DNA from: Pirellulaceae bacterium | GTDB taxonomy: Bacteria > Planctomycetota > Planctomycetia > Pirellulales > Pirellulaceae | Assembly: GCA_025459265.1 (NCBI GenBank) | Contig: JALOQX010000002.1 | Span: 1,945-65,944, forward strand | Reading direction: 5' to 3' | DNA: 64,000 nt | Shown here: piece after piece, positions 9,124 to 18,576 of the stretch | Position numbering within the stretch: position 1 is the stretch's first letter | Layout: the number at the start of each line of letters is the position of its first letter | Notes under the pieces: generated by a model | The model's database searches: none | Told to the model about the DNA's origin: nothing | What the model saw: only the letters and a program-made list of their open reading frames with translations | Program-made: the position numbers and the translations under genes

Positions 9124-10416
9124 TTATGCGCGCGTCGCGGTGACCAGTGGCGCGAGCAGGTCCACGGTGCGTTGGGTGGCGCCCTGTTGTGCGAGGACGA
9201 GTTGCTGAGCGCGGCGGCCCAGTTCGCGGGCCTCGTCCGGTGCAGCCAGGCAGCGGTGCACGAACGCGGCGAGTTCGTGCTGGTCGCGCACCACCACGGC
9301 CGCGTGCCGGTCCAGCAGCTGCGTGACGACGTCCCGGAAGTTCCAGGTGTTGGGCCCGAAGCAGACGGCGACACCATAACCCGCCGGCTCGATCATATTC
9401 TGGCCCCCGCGCGGCCCGAAGCTGCCGCCCACCAGCCCGACATCGGCGACACCCCACCAGGCACCCAGCTCGCCGACGACGTCCACCAGCAGCACGCGCG
9501 CGGCCTGCGGCGCCGCGGCGGGCTCGCCCAACCGGCTGCGCCGTTGCCAGGGCACGCCGGACTGGTCGAGCAGGTGCGCGACATCTTCAAACCGTTCCGG
9601 GTGTCGCGGCACGAGGATCAGTCGGGCCGCGGGGCACTGCGGGGCGATGTCGGCAAACACCGACAAGGCCATCTGTTCCTCCGGCTCCTGCGTGCTGCCG
9701 GCGAGGAACACGAAGGCGTCCGCGGGGATCTGCCAGAGTTGGCGGAGGCGTTGAGTGGCCGGATTGTCGCGCTCGATCTGCGCGCCATCGAACTTGATGG
9801 AGCCGGTCACATGGACCGTATCCGAGCGGGCCCCCAGCGCGCGAAACCGTTGGGCGTAGTGTTCATCCTGGACCGCCACGAGATCCAGCTGTGCCAGAAG
9901 CCGCCGCACGAAGCAGCGGATGCGTCCGTACCCGCGCGCGCTGCGGTCACTCAGGCGACCGTTCACCAGCGCGACGGACGTGCCGTACGCGCGCGCGGCC
10001 CGGATCAGATTGGGCCAGAGTTCCAGTTCCACGAGCACCAGCAGCCGCGGCCGAATCCGCCGGACCGCCTCGCGCACGGACCAGCTGAAATCGAGCGGGC
10101 AGTAGAACACCTGGTAGCCCGCGTACTTCTTGCGGGCCAGCGCGAAACCGGTGCGCGTGGTGGTGGAGACGACGCATTCCCAGTCGGGGTGTTCCTGTCC
10201 CAGCTGATTGAGCAGGGGCTGCAACAGGTTCACTTCGCCCACGCTGACCGCGTGCAGCCACAGACACGGGCGGTCCCCGACCCGGCGGGGCACGCGGCCG
10301 AGAAACTTGGCCTCCCAGCCGTCGCGATATTTGCCGTACCGCAGGGCGGCATAGATCAGGTAGGGCGAGCAAGCGACCAGCAGGAGCAGGTAGAGGCAGT
10401 TGAGCACGTACCGCAT
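9124..10416 (-). CDS. waaA: 3-deoxy-D-manno-octulosonic acid (Kdo) transferase
   Basis: The WLHAVSVGEVNLLQPLL motif and overall architecture fit. An N-terminal TM follows ATG 10416 (MRYVLNCLYLLLLVACSPYLIY). The longer ORF-track start (10512) would overlap secA. Confidence 0.9.
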   Translation of the reverse strand: MRYVLNCLYLLLLVACSPYLIYAALRYGKYRDGWEAKFLGRVPRRVGDRPCLWLHAVSVGEVNLLQPLLNQLGQEHPDWECVVSTTTRTGFALARKKYAGYQVFYCPLDFSWSVREAVRRIRPRLLVLVELELWPNLIRAARAYGTSVALVNGRLSDRSARGYGRIRCFVRRLLAQLDLVAVQDEHYAQRFRALGARSDTVHVTGSIKFDGAQIERDNPATQRLRQLWQIPADAFVFLAGSTQEPEEQMALSVFADIAPQCPAARLILVPRHPERFEDVAHLLDQSGVPWQRRSRLGEPAAAPQAARVLLVDVVGELGAWWGVADVGLVGGSFGPRGGQNMIEPAGYGVAVCFGPNTWNFRDVVTQLLDRHAAVVVRDQHELAAFVHRCLAAPDEARELGRRAQQLVLAQQGATQRTVDLLAPLVTATRA

Positions 10417-10462
10417 GCGGGAGTCTTTCTTCCTGAAACGCGTGTCCGCTCGAGGTCCGACG

Positions 10463-13400
10463 CTACCCCCCTTTGCGCATGCAGCAGACTTTGTACTTCT
10501 TGCCACTGCCACACGGGCAGGGATCGTTGCGCCCCACGCGCTGCCCGCGGTGCCGGATGGGATCCACGCGCTGGTCCCCCTGACTGGCGTCGATCGCCGC
10601 CTGCTGCTGGCTGGCTATCTCGGTGGCGCTGGCCGCCTCGTCATGCCGCGCCGAGGTTTCCACCCAGGTCGACCCGACGAAGTTCTCGTCCAACTGCTCC
10701 ATGCGGAAGATCAAGTCGGTGGTCCGCTCGCCAATCGAGCTCCACATCTGCTCGAACATCCGCATGCCTTCGCGTTTGTATTCGACTTTGGGGTCCATTT
10801 GCGCCCAGCCCTTGAGGCCGACGGCGGCGCGCAGATGGTCCATGGCCAGCAGGTGATCCTTCCAGGCGGTATCCACGAGGCTCAACAGCACCGCCCGCTC
10901 CATTCGCCGCATTTCCGGCCGGTACCGATCCTCGACGGCATTGCACAGGGTCTGTTCCAGTTCGTCCCGCCGCAGGCTGCGGATGGTGGCCGCCGGCAAC
11001 TCGCAGCGCAGCGTATCATGCAGCCAGTGCGCCAGCGACTCGACTTCCCCGTTCCCTCCGCCGGCCGCGTCGAGCGAGGCGGTGCCGTCCGGTGAGGGGA
11101 ACAGGGCGCGGAGCTTTTCCTTGACCAGGACCAGGGCGTCGGCCGCGCGGCGCTGGGCATCGCGGCTGTGCGCGAGCAGCAGCGCGCGAATCTCGTCACG
11201 CTGTTTGTTTTTGAGATCCTCGAGATCCAGCTGTGCTTCGAACCGCTCGCGGGCCCAGTCGACCAGCGCATGGCGGTCGATCCGGGCGTGGCCGGCTCCC
11301 GTGGCGAAGCGGTACAGCCCCGCCATGACGGGGTACTCGGCTTCCTTCTCGTCGTATTTCTGTTCGGCCAGCCCGCAGAGGAACGACTTGAGCGGGCCGA
11401 GCTCGAGGTCGCGGACTTGCGCGATGTCCAGCTCGATGCCGAACTTGCTCTTGACCCAGCCGACGATGGAGCGGGCGGCGAAGTCGTCGCGCAGGAATTG
11501 TGCGCCCTCCGAGAGCTCGACGCGCTGGATGGCCTCGCGCGCTTTTTCAATGAGGAATTCCGCGACGTTATCGCGACCGATCTTTTTCAGGTCGCGGTCG
11601 CGCAGGTTCAGGCTCCAGCGGGTGTCGGCCAGTTTGGCGAGTGCCTCCCAGTTCCACTCCGCCGGGTCTTCCTCGGCCGGCAGCGTCTCTTCGATGGCGT
11701 CCAGGACCTGCGTTTCCGCCATCCGCTCCGCCTGGTCCTTGGCGTATTGATTGGCCGATTCGAAGTCCATGCCGCGGTAGTCGCGGGGGTCGAGCGTGGT
11801 GGCCAGGCGCTGTCCGGCCCATTTGGTGAAGGTCTCCACGCCGTAGTCGCGATCGAGAATCAGCGTGGCGTAGTGGTCGATCTGGCCGCGGATCATGTCG
11901 ATGATCAGGTCCCGACAACTCACGCCGTTGAGGATCTGCTGGCGGTAGCCGTACACCCGCTTGCGCTGCTCGTCCATCACTTCGTCGTATTCGAGCAGGT
12001 TCTTGCGGATCTCGAAATTGCGTTCTTCGACCTTCTTCTGGGCGGCTTCGATCCGCCGCGTCACCATCCCGCTCTCGATCCGCTCTCCCTCCTTCATGCC
12101 CAGCCGTTCGAGGATGGACTTGACCCACGGTCCCGCGAAGATCCGCATCAAGTCGTCTTCCAGGGAGAGGAAGAAGCGGCTGCTGCCCGGATCTCCCTGA
12201 CGACCGCAGCGGCCGCGCAGCTGGAGATCGATCCGCCGGGCGTCGTGCCGTTCCGTACCGATGACGTGCAGCCCGCCCAGTCGCTTGACCAGGTCGCCGT
12301 CCGGCCTCATCTTCTCACGGGCTTCGACTTCCTGGACCAGCGCGTTCCATTCGTCGCGGGGCACATCCAGTCGCGTGGCGTACTTGTCCTGCAGCAGGGC
12401 CCACGCCAGCGTGTCGGGGTTGCCGCCGAGAATGATGTCGGTACCGCGTCCCGCCATGTTGGTGGCGATCGTCACGCGGCCGCTGCGTCCCGCCTGGGCG
12501 ACGATCTCCGCTTCCCGCTTGTGGAACTTGGCGTTGAGCACGGCGTGGTCGATACCGCGCTCGTTGAGCATGTTCGACAGCCGTTCGCTCTTCTCGATCG
12601 ACACCGTGCCGACCAGCAGCGGGCGCCCCTTCCGCTCAGTCAGCTCGATCTTGCTGCGCGGTACGACTTCCTTCTGCTTGCGTCCCCGCGGCTTGAATTC
12701 CACCGCATCGTCGTGCTCGCGGACAATCTCTCCCCAGACCTCGTCACCGTTCTTGAGCACCAGCACATCCCAGCGATGAATCCGCTCGATCTCGTCCGCG
12801 ACCGCGATGAATTTCTCGCGTTCCGACCGGTAGATCACGTCGGGGAACTCCTGGCGGTGCAGCGGGCGGTTTGTGGGGATGGCGATCACATCCAGTTTGT
12901 AGATCTTCCAGAATTCCGAAGCCTCGGTCATGGCCGTGCCGGTCATGCCGGCGATCTTGTCGTAGAGCTTGAAGTAGTTCTGGAGGGTGATGGTCGCCAG
13001 GGTCTGCGTCTCTTCCTTGATTCGCACGCCCTCCTTGGCCTCCACCGCCTGATGCAGCCCGTCGCTCCATTGGCGACCTTCCATCAGCCGGCCCGTGAAT
13101 TCGTCCACAATAATGACGGCGCCTTCCTTGATGACGTAGTTCACGTCGCGCTTGTAGAGAAAGTGGGCCTTGAGCGAGTTGTCGATCAGGTGCGGCCACT
13201 CCATGTTCCCCGCCGTGTAAAAACTCTCGACCCCCGCCAGTCTCTCGGCCGCCCGCACGCCTTCATCCGTCAGGTTCGTGCTGTGATCCTTCTCGTTGAC
13301 TTCAAAATGAATGTCGCGTTTGAGCTGGCGGGCGATGCGGTCGGCGTCGGCGTACTTGCGCACGTTCTCATGCGCCGGACCCGAAATAATCAGCGGCGTG

Positions 13401-14146
13401 CGCGCCTCGTCAATCAGGATATTGTCGACCTCGTCAATGATCGCGTAGTGCAGCGGTCCCTGGGACTGCTGGCGGTACTTGGGATAGCGATCATCGCCGC
13501 GCCGGGCCGGACGCATGTTGTCCCGCAGATAATCGAAGCCGAACTCGTTGTTCGTCCCGTACGTGATGTCGCACGAATACATGAGCTGCCGCTGCTCGAC
13601 ATCCATATCCGACTGGATGGCACCGACGGTCAGTCCGAGCCCCATGTACAGCGGCGCCATCCACTCCATGTCGCGGCGGGCCAGGTAGTCGTTGACCGTC
13701 ACGACGTGCACGCCCTTGCCCTCCAGGGCGTTCAGGAAGGCGGCCAGCGTGGCCACCAGCGTCTTGCCTTCCCCCGTGACCATCTCCGCGATGGCCCCGC
13801 TGTGCAGGACCATGCCTCCGATCAACTGCACGTCGTAATGACGCATGCCCAGGTGCCGCCGCCCCGATTCGCGGCAGGCGGCAAACGCCTCGACCAGGAT
13901 GTCGTCCGGCGTCTCGCCCGCCGCCAGTCGCTCGCGAAAGGATGTCGTCTGCGCCCGCAGTTCGTCGTCCGACAGCGACTGATAGTGCGACTCGAGCTGG
14001 TTGATCGCCTGGACCTTGGCCTGCAGCTTGCGGATATACCGCGCGTTGGACGAGCCGAAGACTGCCGTGATCGACCGCTCGACCCCACGGGTCAGGCCGC
14101 CAAAGAACAGCCCCATCAGTTCCCAAATACGTTCCAGCAATTCCAT
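10463..14146 (-). CDS. secA: Preprotein translocase ATPase SecA (long form, 1227 aa)
   Basis: Walker A is MVTGEGKTLVATL, the DEAD-like box is DEVDNILIDEARTPLIISG, and the C-terminal zinc motif is CPCGSGKKYKVCC. Confidence 0.97.
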   Translation of the reverse strand: MELLERIWELMGLFFGGLTRGVERSITAVFGSSNARYIRKLQAKVQAINQLESHYQSLSDDELRAQTTSFRERLAAGETPDDILVEAFAACRESGRRHLGMRHYDVQLIGGMVLHSGAIAEMVTGEGKTLVATLAAFLNALEGKGVHVVTVNDYLARRDMEWMAPLYMGLGLTVGAIQSDMDVEQRQLMYSCDITYGTNNEFGFDYLRDNMRPARRGDDRYPKYRQQSQGPLHYAIIDEVDNILIDEARTPLIISGPAHENVRKYADADRIARQLKRDIHFEVNEKDHSTNLTDEGVRAAERLAGVESFYTAGNMEWPHLIDNSLKAHFLYKRDVNYVIKEGAVIIVDEFTGRLMEGRQWSDGLHQAVEAKEGVRIKEETQTLATITLQNYFKLYDKIAGMTGTAMTEASEFWKIYKLDVIAIPTNRPLHRQEFPDVIYRSEREKFIAVADEIERIHRWDVLVLKNGDEVWGEIVREHDDAVEFKPRGRKQKEVVPRSKIELTERKGRPLLVGTVSIEKSERLSNMLNERGIDHAVLNAKFHKREAEIVAQAGRSGRVTIATNMAGRGTDIILGGNPDTLAWALLQDKYATRLDVPRDEWNALVQEVEAREKMRPDGDLVKRLGGLHVIGTERHDARRIDLQLRGRCGRQGDPGSSRFFLSLEDDLMRIFAGPWVKSILERLGMKEGERIESGMVTRRIEAAQKKVEERNFEIRKNLLEYDEVMDEQRKRVYGYRQQILNGVSCRDLIIDMIRGQIDHYATLILDRDYGVETFTKWAGQRLATTLDPRDYRGMDFESANQYAKDQAERMAETQVLDAIEETLPAEEDPAEWNWEALAKLADTRWSLNLRDRDLKKIGRDNVAEFLIEKAREAIQRVELSEGAQFLRDDFAARSIVGWVKSKFGIELDIAQVRDLELGPLKSFLCGLAEQKYDEKEAEYPVMAGLYRFATGAGHARIDRHALVDWARERFEAQLDLEDLKNKQRDEIRALLLAHSRDAQRRAADALVLVKEKLRALFPSPDGTASLDAAGGGNGEVESLAHWLHDTLRCELPAATIRSLRRDELEQTLCNAVEDRYRPEMRRMERAVLLSLVDTAWKDHLLAMDHLRAAVGLKGWAQMDPKVEYKREGMRMFEQMWSSIGERTTDLIFRMEQLDENFVGSTWVETSARHDEAASATEIASQQQAAIDASQGDQRVDPIRHRGQRVGRNDPCPCGSGKKYKVCCMRKGG

Positions 14147-14463
14147 AGGTCGTCTGCAAAGGCACGCAGTGCCGGCGGGGAAAAGGCGTTACGGGATCGC
14201 CTCATATCGCGCAACATATTTTGCTGTCGTAGTTTAAAGCGACCGTGCCATTTGGTCAACCGCCGCCAGATCGAGACCCGCCACCCCCGCCACGCCGTCC
14301 GGTCCCCGTCGGCACGCTCGCCCCCACACGCGCCGACCACGGACGCACCGTCCGGCACGTCTTCGCCCCGCCGCGGGCGATCTTGCGGCTGACCGGACAA
14401 TCTGCCACCTTGCAGGCAGTTGTCGGCCGTGTCAATCGAACCGACCCGGGCGAGGGAGCCGGA

Positions 14464-15270
14464 GTGGTCCAACCGTTCTGCAGCCAGGATATCCGCGGTC
14501 AGTTCGTCTTGCTCGGGACCGGCACGTCGGTCGGCGTGCCCACCATCGGTTGTGGCTGTGCGGTGTGCGTGGGGGGCAAGCCGCGCAACCAGCGCACGCG
14601 GTGTGCGGCGCTCGCCGGGTTGCCGGGCGGCAATCTGCTGATCGACACTCCCCCCGACCTGCGCACCCAGCTGCTGCGCGAGGGGGTGGGGATCGTCCAC
14701 AGCGTGCTTTTCACGCACGCGCACGCCGACCATCTCTTTGGATTGGATGATCTGCGGCTGTTTCCCTTCTACCTGGGACATCCCGTGCCGCTCTACGCCG
14801 AGTCGGAGGTGCAGGCGACGATCCGCCAGGCGTTCGGCTATGCGTTTGACGACCGGCCGGTCACGCATGCGGGGGCTGTGCCGCAGCTGGCGTTTCACAC
14901 GATTGACGCGGCCCCGTTCGACGTGTTGGGGACGCCCATCCTGCCGGTCCGTCTGCGTCACGGCCCGCACTTCCGCGTCCTCGGCTTCCGCATCGGGAAC
15001 CTGGCCTACTGCACCGACACGAACGAGCTCGACCCGGCGGCCTGGGAGCTCCTGGCGGGACTCGATACGCTGATCCTCGATGCGTTGCGCGCGCGTCCGC
15101 ACCCGACACATTTCAGTCTGGGCGAGGCGATCGCGGTGGCCAAGCGACTCGCGCCGCGCCGCACGGTTTTCACGCACATGTCGCACGAGCTGGACTACGA
15201 CGAGGTCAACGCGCAGCTGCCGCCGTCGATGGAGTTAGGGTATGACGGCATGCGACTGCCGCTGACCTGA
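14464..15270 (+). CDS. MBL-fold metallo-hydrolase (PhnP-like)
   Basis: The motifs LLGTGTSVGVP, a CGCAVC zinc-ribbon-like insert and HAHADH (HxHxDH) are present. I prefer the in-frame GTG 14464 (about 268 aa). The ORF track allows a start as early as 14245. Confidence 0.8.
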   Translation: MVQPFCSQDIRGQFVLLGTGTSVGVPTIGCGCAVCVGGKPRNQRTRCAALAGLPGGNLLIDTPPDLRTQLLREGVGIVHSVLFTHAHADHLFGLDDLRLFPFYLGHPVPLYAESEVQATIRQAFGYAFDDRPVTHAGAVPQLAFHTIDAAPFDVLGTPILPVRLRHGPHFRVLGFRIGNLAYCTDTNELDPAAWELLAGLDTLILDALRARPHPTHFSLGEAIAVAKRLAPRRTVFTHMSHELDYDEVNAQLPPSMELGYDGMRLPLT

Positions 15271-15302
15271 GACGGTCGGACCGCCCCGTGCCGCCGCGGC
15301 AC

Positions 15303-17408
15303 TCAGTTGACCTTCGCCAACTGGTCGGCCTGGAGTGCCTGGACGTAGTCGCGCGCGATCTGCAGCACCTCGTCGAGATAGAAATCCCGCTTGATCTTGT
15401 TATCGCCCTCGAGTTCCTCTTCCAGCTGTGCCTGCTCCTCCTTGTCCAGCTCGGTCTCCTTGCCCTCCTCCAGGAACTTTGCTTCATTGAGCGTCACCGA
15501 CTTGCGGGCTTTCCGTTCGCGATACTTGTCGATCCGCGCCAACAATCTGGCGAATTCCTCTGACTGGCCCACCCGCTGCTCCGACGCGCTCCGCAGACGC
15601 TTGATCATCTCGGCGGTCGCGAGGTTCAGCGGCGCGAAGTCCGTGCCTGGGATGCGCTGGAAGTCGATGGCGTAGTCCAGATCGGATTCGCCAATATCCA
15701 TGTAGTTCGTGATGGAGGGCAGGACGATGTCGGAGAGCACGCCGCGCTTCTGCGTGCTGTCACCATTGGGCCGGAAGAACTGCTGCACCGTGATCTTCAG
15801 CGCGCCGTAGTTGGGCGGATAGGGCACACCCAGCAGTTCGCCGAGGTAGCGGAGGCTCTGCACCGTACCCTTGCCGTGGGTGGCCTCATCGCCGACGACG
15901 AGACCGCGCTGGTAGTCCTGCACGGCTCCGGCGAGAATCTCGCTGGCGCTCGCACTGAACTTGCTGATGACCACGACCAGCGGCCCGTCCCAGGCCGCGC
16001 CGCGATCCTCATCGCGATGCACCTCGCGGAGCTTATCGAACCCCATCACCTGCACGACCGGCCCTTCGTCGATGAACAGCCCGGTCAGATCCACTGCCTC
16101 GACCAGGCTCCCGCCGCCATTGCGGCGGAGATCCAGCACGACGGCATCCACGCCCTGCGTCTTGAACTCGCCAAGAATCCTCCGGACATCCGTCGTCGCA
16201 CTGCGGAAATTGCGGGCCCCGTCCTGCACGGCCTGCATGTCCTGGTAGAAACTGGGGAGGTCCAGGACGCCGATCTTGAGCGGCGACCCGTCGGGTTTCG
16301 AGCCGACCTCGAACACTTCGCCGTGGGCCGCCTGGTCTTCCAACTCGATCTTGGCTCGCGTGATCGTGTACGTCACCGGCTCGTTCGTGCCGCACGGGAT
16401 CACGCCCAGCCGCACATCGGTCCCGGCGTCGCCGCGGATCAACTGCACCACGTCGTTGATCTTCATGCCCACCACATCGACCATTTCGTCCGCGTCTCCC
16501 TGCCCCACGCTGATGATCTGGTCATCTTTCTTGAGCTTGCCATGCTTGTCGGCCGCGCCACCCGGCACGATCTTCGCCACGATCGTCTTGCCGTCCTGAT
16601 CCTGCAATTGGGCGCCGATACCTTCGAGCTTCAACTGCAGCGCGATGCGGAAATTGTCCAGTGACACCGGCGACATGTAGCTGGTGTGCGGGTCGTAGCT
16701 GCTGGTGATCGCGGTCAGATACAGTTCCAAGAGCTCATTGTTGTCGAACTGCTTCATCCGCCGGGCAAAGTTGTGATAACGCTGCGAGATCTTCTCGCGC
16801 GCTTCCCGTTCGCGGGTCGCCGCGTCCTTCTCGCCCGACTCCACCTCTTTGGCCGCGCCGGCTTTGAGCAGCAACAGGTCATAGGTGATCCGCTGCCGCC
16901 ACCGCTCGCGCGCTTCCGCCGGGTCGCGAGGATACTGCAGTTGATCCGCGTCCGTGATCATCTCTTCATCGCGCGTCAAGTCGACCGGCTGCTGCAGCAA
17001 CTCATCCACCAGCGCCACACGCTCGTCCACCCGCTGCAGAAACCGCTGAAACACGACGTTGGCAAAGCTGGTGTTGTTCTCCGCCAGCATGTCGTCGAGC
17101 TTGGCGGCGTTCTGCTGGAATTCGTCGATGTCCGCCTGGTAGAAGTACGACTTGAGCGGATCGAGACTTTCGAAAAACAGCTTGAAGGCCCGCTGCGAAA
17201 TCTCATCGTTCAACGGATGACGCGACAGGTGCTGCTTGGCCATCAGCGAAGTGACCATCTGGGTCACACGCCGTTCGACCGCACTGGGGGGCGTGACCTC
17301 CGCCCAACACAGGCGGACGACCCCCGCGCCCGCCACACCAGCGGCTACGAGCGAAACAACAGCCAGGATCGGACGCCAGCGTGCACCCACGAACCGCAAT
17401 GAACTCAT
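15303..17408 (-). CDS. Tail-specific (C-terminal processing) protease, S41 family, with PDZ domain
   Basis: A signal/TM follows ATG 17408 (MSSLRFVGARWRPILAVVSLVAAGVAG). There is a PDZ region, and the S41 motifs are RNGGGS, SASASEILAGA and HGKGTVQ. Confidence 0.9.
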   Translation of the reverse strand: MSSLRFVGARWRPILAVVSLVAAGVAGAGVVRLCWAEVTPPSAVERRVTQMVTSLMAKQHLSRHPLNDEISQRAFKLFFESLDPLKSYFYQADIDEFQQNAAKLDDMLAENNTSFANVVFQRFLQRVDERVALVDELLQQPVDLTRDEEMITDADQLQYPRDPAEARERWRQRITYDLLLLKAGAAKEVESGEKDAATREREAREKISQRYHNFARRMKQFDNNELLELYLTAITSSYDPHTSYMSPVSLDNFRIALQLKLEGIGAQLQDQDGKTIVAKIVPGGAADKHGKLKKDDQIISVGQGDADEMVDVVGMKINDVVQLIRGDAGTDVRLGVIPCGTNEPVTYTITRAKIELEDQAAHGEVFEVGSKPDGSPLKIGVLDLPSFYQDMQAVQDGARNFRSATTDVRRILGEFKTQGVDAVVLDLRRNGGGSLVEAVDLTGLFIDEGPVVQVMGFDKLREVHRDEDRGAAWDGPLVVVISKFSASASEILAGAVQDYQRGLVVGDEATHGKGTVQSLRYLGELLGVPYPPNYGALKITVQQFFRPNGDSTQKRGVLSDIVLPSITNYMDIGESDLDYAIDFQRIPGTDFAPLNLATAEMIKRLRSASEQRVGQSEEFARLLARIDKYRERKARKSVTLNEAKFLEEGKETELDKEEQAQLEEELEGDNKIKRDFYLDEVLQIARDYVQALQADQLAKVN

Positions 17409-17720
17409 CAAAGGTACCTCGTTCAGGAAATCGCTCCGGGCCGGGAGCCCACTCGTCGCAAGTGCGCTCTCCCCGACCCGGCGGTTGTTGAAATCGTAGC
17501 GCGCTCGACCGTGCTGAACAATCTCCGCAGTCTCTCCTGCCCCCGGTCTGGGAACCACGCGACGACGCGAAACGACGACGCGCGGCCGGGCAAAAGCGGT
17601 CCGATTGTAGGCTTCCCGTCCCGATCGGCCAAGGGAATTATTTTCTTGGTTTTCAAGTCCACCCATCGGGGGGAAGCGTGTGGAATCGACACGCGGGCAG
17701 TCGCTGCCGGGCACGCATCG

Positions 17721-18551
17721 TCACCCGGGCCGCACCGCCCGCCGGAATCGCTCCACGACCACCGCCGCCACCGCCCAGTCGCACCCCAGACAATCGGCTA
17801 TGGACCATCGTTGCCGTGGACTGGCGGCATCTTGCTCGTGCACCAGGCGCGCCAGGCGGTCCCAGAGGGCACCTCGGTAGAGCAGATGCGGCTGGACGAC
17901 GACGTGTTCGTACGGGGCGGCCGCCACCTCGCGCAGTACGTCTTCCACGCGCGGGCGGGCCATCGCGAGGAAGGCCACCAGGGCCCGGCCGACGGGGGTG
18001 TGCGCCAGGCGTTGGTCGACAAACTGATACATGGCCGCGGTCGCGTCGGGATCCTGGCTCCCGCGACCGACCATCAGCAGCAGGATGTGCTGCGGGTCGA
18101 CCTCAGGACTCAGCACGGCGCGAAACCGCGTGGCCGAGAGTTGGACCAGATGGTGGTGGCAGCCCAGCACGTCGGCCTGCCGCAGGTGCAGCCCCAGTCG
18201 GGCACCGGCAACCCGGGCGATGGCCGGGATGTCGCGTCGCGCGTGGCCGGCGGCGAACAGCAGCAAGGGGGCCAGCACGACGGCGTCCAGGCCGCGGTGG
18301 GCCAGCGCGGCCAGGGCCGTGTCGATGTCCGGCCCGATCTGTTCGAGGAAGCAGCCGGCCACCGTCGTCTCGGGCAGCAGCCGGGCCACCTGACGGACGG
18401 TCGTCCAGAAGTCCCGTTGGCCCAGCGGCTCGCTCGTCCCGTGGCCCACGATCAGCAGTCCGGGCGTCTGCCGCGCTGCCGCTCGACCGCGCCCCTCTTC
18501 ATGTGCATTCCCAGGCGGGCTGATATATTGGAACCGTGGGTCGGGCTGCAC
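17721..18551 (-). CDS. cbiX: Sirohydrochlorin chelatase, CbiX type (two-domain long form)
   Basis: There are two CbiX-like halves, each starting with a LL(I/M)VGHG/GRGS motif (LLIVGHGTSEP and LLLMVGRGSQDP). Confidence 0.8.
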   Translation of the reverse strand: MQPDPRFQYISPPGNAHEEGRGRAAARQTPGLLIVGHGTSEPLGQRDFWTTVRQVARLLPETTVAGCFLEQIGPDIDTALAALAHRGLDAVVLAPLLLFAAGHARRDIPAIARVAGARLGLHLRQADVLGCHHHLVQLSATRFRAVLSPEVDPQHILLLMVGRGSQDPDATAAMYQFVDQRLAHTPVGRALVAFLAMARPRVEDVLREVAAAPYEHVVVQPHLLYRGALWDRLARLVHEQDAASPRQRWSIADCLGCDWAVAAVVVERFRRAVRPG

Positions 18552-18576
18552 ACATCACCCCCCTTAAGACGCGTTC

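Noticed and set aside
10463-14146. An intein as the explanation for the extra length of SecA.
   Set aside because: The extra residues are spread over at least two regions. They lack intein boundary features (Cys/Ser/Thr at the N-terminus and His-Asn plus a nucleophile at the C-terminus). The flanking extein motifs are not abruptly interrupted.
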